In this document: one piece after another, positions 1 to 8,032 of the stretch
Position numbering within the stretch: the first letter of the stretch is position 1
Layout: every line of letters starts with the position of its first letter
Source of the DNA: Prorocentrum cordatum
Taxonomy: Eukaryota
Assembly (NCBI GenBank): GCA_963575745.1
Contig: CAUYUJ010000242.1
Coordinates: 1 to 64,000, forward strand
Reading direction: 5' to 3'
DNA length: 64,000 nt
Notes under the pieces: model-generated
The model's database searches: none
Told to the model about the DNA's origin: nothing
What the model saw: only the letters and a program-made list of their open reading frames with translations
Translations under genes and position numbers: made by a program

Positions 1-145
1 AGTGCCGCCTCTGGGCGGACGAGCGGCGGCGGCCCTTTCGGAGCGCCCGGCCCGGCCCCCCTCGGCGCGACCACCGGGGAGGGGGGGCGCGCCGTGCGCG
101 AGGGCCTGAGGCCTCGGCGCTCCGAGGCGCCGTGCCCGAGGGCAG

Positions 146-341
146 TCGGGCCGGGCGAAAGGGGGGGATTGGGAAAGGGGGGGTTACGAAATTTGCTGCA
201 TGCAGCTGGGTTCGGCCCCGCCGCCGGGCTCATTCCTCGATACATGGGCGCCTCCCGGCGCCGGGAGGCGCCGGGAAAATCAGCTACGTGAGCTGATTCT
301 CGAATCCCCCCTTTGCTATCCCCCCGTTTCGCCCGACCCGA
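146..341. mobile_element. ~196-bp MITE-like element with ~40-bp imperfect terminal inverted repeats (copy 1)
   Basis: The 5' end TCGGGCCGGGCGAAA matches the 3' end TTTCGCCCGACCCGA as a reverse complement at 14/15, and the G-tract/C-tract symmetry continues inward. A homologous copy at 17450-17649 shares TTACGAAAT..CATGCAG..CAGCTAC.TGAGCTGATT. It is flanked by an identical 38-bp direct repeat at 108-145 and 342-379. Confidence 0.7.
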
Positions 342-878
342 GAGGCCTCGGCGCTCCGAGGCGCCGTGCCCGAGGGCAGGAGGGGCCAGCCAGGCTCCTG
401 GAGGCTAGGTTTATGATGTTCCAACCTGCTTTAGCTTTGGTCACCACAAAAAAAAATCGAGCACCAGAAGAAAGACCGGAACTCGCGGATTTTCGCGTGC
501 CGGGTCCTGGGAGGCACTCGCCCGACACTGTTTCGACACTTTTTCGACAGTTTTTCCGGGTGCTCGAAATTATTTTTGGGATGGGGTCCTTAAGTACGAT
601 GGGGGCAACATTAGCCTAGGTGTTGAGATAACCGCAGAGGGTGTTAGTTTTGCCCCGCCCCCCCTTCTCTCGGCGGTGCATAGGACTGGTCCTAAGTCTG
701 CTCGTCGCGGCGAAGATTATGTTCCTTCTATTGTTGGGCGGGCTGGGCCATGTTGGTTTTCTTTTTATCCCAAGGAATATTGCCCCCTGTGCGACCCTGC
801 ACGACAGAATTTTAAGCTCTTGTCTAAGAGGATTGCCATATGGATCGGCATATTATGTTCGGGGGAACGGTAATTCTT

Positions 879-1534
879 AACCGTGAGGAAATGAAGGTGA
901 ACCGTGAGAAAGAACAATACGAACAAGCAATACGAACAACAAGACGTAAACGTGGAACAAAAACAACATGAACAAAACACAACACGTAAAAACAATACGT
1001 AAACACAATGCGTAAAGACAAACACGTGAGCGCCACACGTAGATACAACACATACAAACAAAACCACGTACAAACAAAACCACGTACAAACAAAACCACG
1101 TAACAAACAACACCACGTAAAAAAGCACGTGAAGCAATCAGTAAACACAATACGTAAAACAACTACGTAAACACAATACGCAAACAAAAACACTACGCAC
1201 AAAAAAAAACAGTACGCAAAACCAACACGTACCAACACGTACAAACAAACACGTGAGTACCACACGTAGATACAACACGTACAAACAAAACCACGTAAAA
1301 CACAATACGTAAAAGCAGCACGTACACACACAATACGTGAAGACAAACACGTGAGCGGCACACGTAGATACAACAAGTACAAACAAAACCACGTACAACC
1401 AAAACCACGTGAAAAAAAACAATACGTGAAGCAATCAGTAAAACACAATACGTAAAACCAATATGTAAAACAATACGCAACAACAATACGCAACAACAGT
1501 ACGCAAACAAACAGTACGCAAACGCAACACGTAT
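879..1534 (+). repeat. Degenerate AC-rich ACGT satellite (AACACGT/AATACGT units), left arm part 1
   Basis: Dense CACGTA/AAACAA units starting with the head motif AACCGTGAGGAAA; the tract continues after the LTR element. Confidence 0.85.
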
Positions 1535-1679
1535 TGTTGAAGTTGACTCCTGCTATGCTCTCCCGCAGCCGTTTCGGCCCTGGCGGCCCCGACGAGAGGT
1601 CGGAGGGGCTGTTTAGGGCAACATACCGGGCGCTGCTTGCCCACCTGCGCGTGAGGAAAAACATATCTTCACATCGACA
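1535..1679 (+). repeat. 5' LTR (145 bp)
   Basis: TG...CA termini; direct repeat of 11422-11566 with one mismatch (A1625 vs G11512). Confidence 0.97.
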
Positions 1680-1680
1680 T

Positions 1681-1692
1681 TGGTAGCGGAGC
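1681..1692 (+). promoter_or_regulatory. Primer-binding site, tRNA-iMet type
   Basis: TGGTAGCGGAGC lies 1 nt after the 5' LTR. It begins with TGG (complement of CCA) and resembles known iMet PBS sequences (TGGTAGC.../TGGTATCAGAGC). Confidence 0.85.
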
Positions 1693-1780
1693 TACTGTCG
1701 AGCGGGTTCGATCCACGGCACGGTGTCCGTCGCGGGGGTCGCGACGGGTGTAGCCACGGTGTGGTTGCCCACGGTGTGGG

Positions 1781-4700
1781 ATGGAGTTTGAGGCTACTAT
1801 GGGTGCCCCTGCGGAGCAGGGCGCGGCCCCTGCGGCGCAGGGAGCGGCCGCCGCGGCTGCGGCGGGTGACGACACCACGCAGCAGTGGTTTGATGACTGG
1901 GACCCTTGGGCGGCAGCCCCAGGGGCAACGGCGCGGCGCGCCGAGCCAGAAGCTCCTTCGGGAGGCGGCGCCTCCGAAGCCCGCGGAGCGGGTGGGGACG
2001 GATCGTGGGGATCCAGTTGGTGGGGCGGCGCCCCTTGGGGGGACGACGTCCTTTGGTGGACCCCGCAGCGCTGGGAAAGCAGCGAGAGCCGCAGTGGCGG
2101 CTGGGGCTGGATGAGTGGGCAGGGCACTCGACCAGAGCCCGACGCCCGGGACGCACGCTACACCTCCGGAGGGTTGGGAGGTGGCGGGCAGCGTGCTTAC
2201 GAGGGCTGGTCTTGGCAAGGCCGCCCCTGGTCTGAGGAGTGGGGGCAGCGCGGCTGTCAGCCGGGACCGACGTCGCCAGGGACCAGCACAGGCTGGTATT
2301 GGCAGGATTGCCCCTGGTCTGAGGAGTGGGGGCAAAGCAGTTGGCAACCAGGGTCTGGCGGCTACTGCGGGTCCGTTAGGTACGAGGGCAGCGGGCCCTC
2401 TGGACAGGAGCGCGGCGACGACAAGTTCGTGCCCGAATGGGACGGGAAAGCCGTGCCTCTAAGGACGTACGAGCGGCGCGTGAAGATCTTCGAGCTGAAC
2501 ACGGCCATCCTGCCCGAGCGTCGTGGCGGGCGGCTTCTCTCGAGGCTCAAAGGTGACGCTGAAGCCAAAACAGAGAACCTCGACCCTGAGACCCTCGCTA
2601 GGTCGGACGGCGTCCGGGTGCTGTTGCGCTATCTCCATGAGAAGTACGACCAACAGGAGACGCTGAAGGTCGGCACGCTCGTAGATGAGTTCGTGGAGAA
2701 GGTCAGCCGGAACGCTGGCGAGGAGATCATGGACTTCGAGACGCGGTACGAGGCCAAGGTGCGCGAACTCGAGGAGGCGATGGAGGAGCCGCTCAACAAG
2801 CACTTGAAAGCCCACTACTTCCTGAAGAAACTGCGCGTGGGCGGCGACAAGGAGAGCCAGATCATCACTGGTGCTGGCAACGAGCTGGTCTACGAGAAAC
2901 TTCGCGACTCGTCTAAAGCTTGCATTCCTCGGGTTTCTATGCTGAGGAATCGGGCGGCGGCGCCGTTCAACGGAGCCAACCGCGAGTACCTGAACAGGAA
3001 TCGCCGGAGGCTCGGTAAACCCTTAGGCAGGGGCGGCGCCCGAAAGGTCCACGCTACCGAAAACGCCGAAGCCGAGGCTGAACGCGAAGGCGCCGAGGCC
3101 GAGGGCCCCAGCACGTCCGCCGAGGAGGACGACGACGACGAGGAGCCGGACTCGGAGGTCGACGCTGGCGCGGACCCGAATATCGCGGAGAACGAGTTGG
3201 TCCCTGAGGAGCTCCAGGCGTACCTCACGGAAAACGAGGTGCTCATGACGCAGGCTAAGAAGGCGCGCGCCGAGGCTGAGAAGGCGCGCGACTTCTACCG
3301 TGGACCTGGCGGCAGGGCCAGCGGAGGCCGAGGCGCCGATTCCGAGCGCATCGGGAAGCTCAAGCCGACGCTCCCGTGTAAGCGATGTGGCAGGCTGGGC
3401 CACTGGAAGGACGACCCTGAGTGCCCTCGGGCCCCGGGGAAGGCTAGCACGGCTAGCAAGGCGGCCGGTGCGGAAGGCAAGGGCACGCGGGTCGTGGCCC
3501 GCGCTGAAGAGCCCGCGGAGCGGGAGAAAGAACCGGCGGAGCCGGCGCACCTGGATGGCGTCGTGCTTGAGTCTCAAAAACCTCTCTCACTTCTTCTCCC
3601 TCCCTCCTTTCACCTCGGAGGAACAGGAGGCTCATCCATCGAGGTCGGCGGCGCCAACAAAGACGGAAAAGGGAATGCCGGTGCGAAGGGGAATGCCGGT
3701 GCGAATGCGAATGGAGGCGCGGCCGGTGCGCAGGAGTTGCGGTGCGAAGTTGAATGCCGGTGCGAAGGAGACTGCCCGGGCGAAGTCGACAATGGCGTGA
3801 AGATAACGCGCTTCAGGAGCGAGGAGGAAGAGGAGGCCTTTCCCCTATGTCTCTCCCCTCCTTCTTCCAACCTCCAAGCCGCCGCGGGACATCCGATGTC
3901 CGTACTAGTCGCAGAAACGGGCGACGCTGTGTGGCTGATCGTTGTGGACACGGCGTGTGCTAAGTCCGTGGCGGGGCTCCGGTGGTACCGGCGCTTGGCC
4001 ATCTACGTTAGGAAGAACTGGGGCATCGAGCTCGAGACAGTCACCGAGCGCGAACCTTACCGGTTCGGACCGGGGAAGACGATCTACAGCTCCCAAGCGT
4101 TGCTGTTGCCCATGGAATGGGACGGCAAGGGGGCCGTGATTAGGATCAGCTTGGTGGAAGAGGACGTTCCGCCATTGATCTCGGGCGGGGCCCTGAAGGC
4201 CCTGGAGGCCCATATCCGCATGAAGGAGGCCGAGATCACACTCGGTGCCCTCAGCAAGGCCAGGCACAAGCTCAGGGAGCTGCCGTCGGGGCACCTGGCC
4301 ATGGCTGCTGTCAGTTACGGACCTGGGGGGCCAGGAGCGGGCGCACAGGAAGCCGTGAGCCGCTGCCGGGCCGGGGCTGAGATCGCGCTGTATGGGCGCG
4401 TCCGCGGACCCCCATGCGAGGCCGTGCGCCGTGCGCTTTACACGGACGGCCGGCCAGACGACGACGACCACGACGACGACGACGACGAAGCGGCAGCGAT
4501 CGAGTCGACCGCAGCCCCTGTCGGTTTAGGACCCGTACGGCGAGCACGAGCAAGCGCCATCTTCGGTGGCCCTGGGACGCGCGCGCGGGCAGATGCCGCC
4601 ATGGCGCCCGACTGTCGTGCAGTGTCGCAGCGGAGCTGCGAGGGCGAGTGTGGCAACTCGGTTGGTATTCGTGGCATGGAGGGCCTGGTATCAGGAGTTG

Positions 4701-7700
4701 TTGGTGGATTACCTGGAGCGGGAGGTCCTCACCCTTCGCCAGAGGGAGGACACCCCTCGAAGCATCTGGGAGATGCGGAAGGCAGAGCTGGTGACGCTGG
4801 CCATGCAGCGACTCGGCTGGCAGAGGGCCCGCGCGGAGGCAGAGACCGTTGGTCAGTTGAGGCTCGCGCTTCGAGAAAAGAAGGACGAGATCCAAGCGTC
4901 GGAAGTGGAGAAAGACGACCCTCGAACAACCTTACCGACGGGCCTCACCAATATGAAGTTGGCGCAGCTGCAGGAGGAGGCTGCGGTGCGGCAGATACCG
5001 CTGACACGGTCGAACGGCGCCGACAAAAGACGGGAAGAGCTCATCCGAGACGTCAGGCTGTTCGTGAGCGAAGGCCAAGCGGAGGCCGAATGGACCCCAG
5101 CGGAGGCACTGGAGGGCTCGAGCAAGATGAGTCGTGCCCAGAAGAGGGAGTCAACCGGAGTGAAGACGGAAGAAAGTATGGAGGTGGACTCCGGCACTGG
5201 GCCTGCCGAGCCGTCGAGCGGTTCAGCGGCCGCGCGGGGGGCGCGCCCGGCGCTGGCAGCCATGCGAGCACGCAGGCTGCCGGCGGCGGGAAGCAAGGGC
5301 GCGGCAGCGCCCGAAACCGACGTTTGAAGGGCCCCACGGCGACGGCAGTGCGCAAGGCATGCCTGGGCATCGCCTCGGCATGGTTACTTGGGGTAGCCAC
5401 CCTCGGGACCTGGCTCGAGGAAACTGGCGGCGGGCAGTGGGCCCGTCACCGTTGGGGTACGGACCGCGTGGACGTGGTCGAGTCCTTCGGAGGCGGCAGT
5501 GACGTCAGTCGCATCGGATCCAAGAATGGTTGGTGGTGTCTCCGTCCTTGGGACGCGAAATGCGGAGCCGACCTCGCGCAGGGGTCCGAGCAGGCGGAGG
5601 CCTTGGGAATGTTGAGCGATGTGCGACCGAGGTTGGCTGTGGTGGAGCTCCCTGGCTCCTCAGTCGGCGGCGCCCAACGCGGTACTCACCAGAGCAATGC
5701 CGATCAGCAGCGACAACGAGCCGAGCGACGACGGCAGCGGTCGCTGATGGAGTTTACCCGGAAGGTGTTCGAGGTGCAGGCGGAAAATGGCGGTTGCGCC
5801 CTGGTGAGGAATGAGTCAGCCATCCACGCGGTGGAGGCCCTCCCTTCGGTTGAGGTAGTCAAGGGCGGCCTGTGTGCGAGAGGAGTCACGGGTCAGCCAG
5901 CGTGGTGGGCGACGAACTGCCTTGAGATCGCAGCGGTGCTGCGGCGAGAGTGTTCCGTGGTGCACGAGCGTCGCTCGGGGGTCAACGACAAGGCCACATC
6001 AAGCACTGGGCGACACTCTTTAGCGCTCGGTGTGCTTCGAGGGCTCAAGCGCCATCTGACGCGCGTGGAGCCTGAGAGGATCGGGTGGCGCGGACGGCCC
6101 CCGGGAGCGCGGCCTTCAGGTCAGGGTCGCAGCGTGCACGAGGGGCGCGCGACGAAACTCGAACCAGGACCAGCATCTTACCCCACAGGGCTCGGAGAGA
6201 CCGACAGCGGGAATGCGATCCCTCAGGGGATTACGTTTAAGTTTCCAGACACTCCGATGGGCAAGTCGCTGGCCCAGCGGATGACGCCGGAGCTACGTCG
6301 GAACCTGCGTCGACTCCACCTCAACACGGGGCACGCGAGCCCCGAAGATTTGGCTAGGTTAGTCGCCAAGGCCGGCGGCTCCGAGGTGGCGGTCGCGGGA
6401 GCCAAAGCACTCCGGTGCTCCAGCTGTGCGGAACGCCCGCGAGCGAGGCCCCCGCGGCCCGCGCGACTTCGAGAGGACGACTTGTCCTTCAACGAGGTCG
6501 TGCAAGCAGACCTGTTCAAGATTCCCGACCAGTGCGGAACAGGTTGGTGGTTCCTGTTGGTGCAGGACGTGGCGACGGGGTACTGCACGATCGGGCTGAT
6601 CAATGCGCACAGCAGCGAAGAACTGTGGGGGCAGTACGAGCGTTTGTGGCTCTGCTGGGCGGGGCCACCAGATCAGTTCGTGACAGACAACGAGCGGGGG
6701 CTCGTCAGTGGAAGCTTCGTGGACGCCCTCTCGAGGAGCGGCACCGCGTACGACCCTACCGCGGCGTACGCGCCCTGGCAGAAAGGCAAGGTCGAGCGGA
6801 AGATCCAGGAGGCAAAGAACGTGATGAAGAAAAGCATCCGGCACGGAGCGCATTCTGGGATCGATGAGATGCAAGCTCTCGCGTGGGAAACTGCGTCAGC
6901 CCTCAACCATTTCCCTGGGCAGTGCGGCTACAGCCCATCACTGCTTCTCTTCGGGCAGAAGATGAAGCTTGTCGGCGAGTGCTGGCACGAGGGCAAAGCG
7001 GTGAGCTATCACCCATGTGTGGCCGAAGAGGGCGATCCGCTGACACGGCGACTCAAGATACGTGAGCACTGTCAGCAGTCGCTCATCAAGACGCGCAGTC
7101 AAGAGCTCGTGCGGAGGGCCGTGGCCGCGAGGAGTCGCGGCACTCCGGCGGAGTGGAAGGAAGGCGAACGCGTGTTCTTTTTCCGGCCTTACCGCACGGA
7201 GCGTGGACGCCGGGTCAACGAGCCGGAGTGGTGCGGACCTGCTCTGGTGTTCGGGAGGCGCAACGACAACGTTTGGGTTCAGTACGGCGGCAAACCGTTT
7301 CTGGTTGCGCCAGAACACTTGAGGCCTCTGAGCCCAGAGGAGCAACACCTGGCGGAGGATGCCGACCTCGCCCGGTCTCTGGACGAGATTCGACAGGCTA
7401 TGAGCCGCGAAGAGTTTGAAGACCTCACTGGCCTGAATGCCGGACCGGATGAATTAGCGGCCGCGGACGGACTCGTTCAGGGGGAAGCCTCCGAGCAGGA
7501 GCGGGAAGGCCCTGGGGACGGGGGAGTGGTCGAGGTAGACCCTCCTGCGCCCGGGGGCACCCCCAGGGAGGAGGCCCGAGACGAGGCCCAAGGCAGCGGA
7601 CTGCCTCGGGGCGTGCCGCGCGAATTGGAACGCTTCATCACCATGCCAGGCTGGCATGTGAGTGATCGGGGCTGCCCGGTGCGGAGCCTCGGTGAGGCCT

Positions 7701-8032
7701 GGGCCAGAGTTACGCTGGACGCGGCTCAGGACGACTTACGAGAAACACGGCGGCGAGTGGCGCTGCACAGAGCATCGGGTCCGGTGGGCCCAGCTGACGA
7801 ACCCGAGGGAGCTATTGCGGCCGGCAGCAGATCGCATGCTCGTGGTGTTCGAAGAAGAGAAAAAGCGCCAGCGAGAGCCGACGCTCGCGACAGTCGAAGG
7901 ACCCGCCGCGGCGCGGCGGACGGGCGAGGCCCCGAGTGGGGCCAGTTACCAGGCTCACCAGGTGATGACGGCGTATCACCGCGGGACGGGGTCCGCACTG
8001 CTGGACCGAAAGACTCAAGATCGCGAGCTTAA
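1781..8032 (+). CDS. Copia gag-pol polyprotein, N-terminal part: Gag, zinc knuckle, aspartic protease, DNMT-like domain, integrase (meaningful frame ends at ~7705)
   Basis: Gag VPEWDG..YERRV; knuckle CKRCGRLGHWKDDPEC; protease LIVVDTACAKSVAG; integrase HLNTGH..CSSC, VQADLF, TDNERG, GKVERKI and C-terminal EWCGPALV. Confidence 0.92.
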   Translation: MEFEATMGAPAEQGAAPAAQGAAAAAAAGDDTTQQWFDDWDPWAAAPGATARRAEPEAPSGGGASEARGAGGDGSWGSSWWGGAPWGDDVLWWTPQRWESSESRSGGWGWMSGQGTRPEPDARDARYTSGGLGGGGQRAYEGWSWQGRPWSEEWGQRGCQPGPTSPGTSTGWYWQDCPWSEEWGQSSWQPGSGGYCGSVRYEGSGPSGQERGDDKFVPEWDGKAVPLRTYERRVKIFELNTAILPERRGGRLLSRLKGDAEAKTENLDPETLARSDGVRVLLRYLHEKYDQQETLKVGTLVDEFVEKVSRNAGEEIMDFETRYEAKVRELEEAMEEPLNKHLKAHYFLKKLRVGGDKESQIITGAGNELVYEKLRDSSKACIPRVSMLRNRAAAPFNGANREYLNRNRRRLGKPLGRGGARKVHATENAEAEAEREGAEAEGPSTSAEEDDDDEEPDSEVDAGADPNIAENELVPEELQAYLTENEVLMTQAKKARAEAEKARDFYRGPGGRASGGRGADSERIGKLKPTLPCKRCGRLGHWKDDPECPRAPGKASTASKAAGAEGKGTRVVARAEEPAEREKEPAEPAHLDGVVLESQKPLSLLLPPSFHLGGTGGSSIEVGGANKDGKGNAGAKGNAGANANGGAAGAQELRCEVECRCEGDCPGEVDNGVKITRFRSEEEEEAFPLCLSPPSSNLQAAAGHPMSVLVAETGDAVWLIVVDTACAKSVAGLRWYRRLAIYVRKNWGIELETVTEREPYRFGPGKTIYSSQALLLPMEWDGKGAVIRISLVEEDVPPLISGGALKALEAHIRMKEAEITLGALSKARHKLRELPSGHLAMAAVSYGPGGPGAGAQEAVSRCRAGAEIALYGRVRGPPCEAVRRALYTDGRPDDDDHDDDDDEAAAIESTAAPVGLGPVRRARASAIFGGPGTRARADAAMAPDCRAVSQRSCEGECGNSVGIRGMEGLVSGVVGGLPGAGGPHPSPEGGHPSKHLGDAEGRAGDAGHAATRLAEGPRGGRDRWSVEARASRKEGRDPSVGSGERRPSNNLTDGPHQYEVGAAAGGGCGAADTADTVERRRQKTGRAHPRRQAVRERRPSGGRMDPSGGTGGLEQDESCPEEGVNRSEDGRKYGGGLRHWACRAVERFSGRAGGAPGAGSHASTQAAGGGKQGRGSARNRRLKGPTATAVRKACLGIASAWLLGVATLGTWLEETGGGQWARHRWGTDRVDVVESFGGGSDVSRIGSKNGWWCLRPWDAKCGADLAQGSEQAEALGMLSDVRPRLAVVELPGSSVGGAQRGTHQSNADQQRQRAERRRQRSLMEFTRKVFEVQAENGGCALVRNESAIHAVEALPSVEVVKGGLCARGVTGQPAWWATNCLEIAAVLRRECSVVHERRSGVNDKATSSTGRHSLALGVLRGLKRHLTRVEPERIGWRGRPPGARPSGQGRSVHEGRATKLEPGPASYPTGLGETDSGNAIPQGITFKFPDTPMGKSLAQRMTPELRRNLRRLHLNTGHASPEDLARLVAKAGGSEVAVAGAKALRCSSCAERPRARPPRPARLREDDLSFNEVVQADLFKIPDQCGTGWWFLLVQDVATGYCTIGLINAHSSEELWGQYERLWLCWAGPPDQFVTDNERGLVSGSFVDALSRSGTAYDPTAAYAPWQKGKVERKIQEAKNVMKKSIRHGAHSGIDEMQALAWETASALNHFPGQCGYSPSLLLFGQKMKLVGECWHEGKAVSYHPCVAEEGDPLTRRLKIREHCQQSLIKTRSQELVRRAVAARSRGTPAEWKEGERVFFFRPYRTERGRRVNEPEWCGPALVFGRRNDNVWVQYGGKPFLVAPEHLRPLSPEEQHLAEDADLARSLDEIRQAMSREEFEDLTGLNAGPDELAAADGLVQGEASEQEREGPGDGGVVEVDPPAPGGTPREEARDEAQGSGLPRGVPRELERFITMPGWHVSDRGCPVRSLGEAWARVTLDAAQDDLRETRRRVALHRASGPVGPADEPEGAIAAGSRSHARGVRRREKAPARADARDSRRTRRGAADGRGPEWGQLPGSPGDDGVSPRDGVRTAGPKDSRSRA
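4593..5327 (+). CDS. Nested +1-frame ORF (244 aa from the ATG at 4593) with two SAP/HeH-like helical motifs
   Basis: IWEMRKAELVTLAMQRLG..TVGQLRLAL and LTNMKLAQLQEEAAVRQIP..KRREELIRDV look globular, while the polyprotein frame over the same DNA is G/R-rich linker. Confidence 0.65.
   Translation: MPPWRPTVVQCRSGAARASVATRLVFVAWRAWYQELLVDYLEREVLTLRQREDTPRSIWEMRKAELVTLAMQRLGWQRARAEAETVGQLRLALREKKDEIQASEVEKDDPRTTLPTGLTNMKLAQLQEEAAVRQIPLTRSNGADKRREELIRDVRLFVSEGQAEAEWTPAEALEGSSKMSRAQKRESTGVKTEESMEVDSGTGPAEPSSGSAAARGARPALAAMRARRLPAAGSKGAAAPETDV
5462..6060 (+). other. Degenerate C5 cytosine methyltransferase-like domain inside the polyprotein
   Basis: Motifs in order: VVESFGG (motif I-like), PWDAKCGADL, RPRLAVVELPG (motif IV position, PC>PG), QAENGGCALVRNE (motif VI position, ENP>RNE), GLCARG, QPAWWATN..LRRECSVVH. 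Confidence 0.65.

Noticed and set aside
765..1664. 299-aa Cys/Val/Phe-rich minus-strand ORF, and similar ORFs at 11500-12104 and 15140-16196
   Set aside because: These are translations of the ACGT satellite with no domain-like content.
1700..1760. GGTTCGATCC suggesting a tRNA gene
   Set aside because: No cloverleaf or acceptor stem can be built; it lies in the LTR leader and is better explained as primer-tRNA complementarity.
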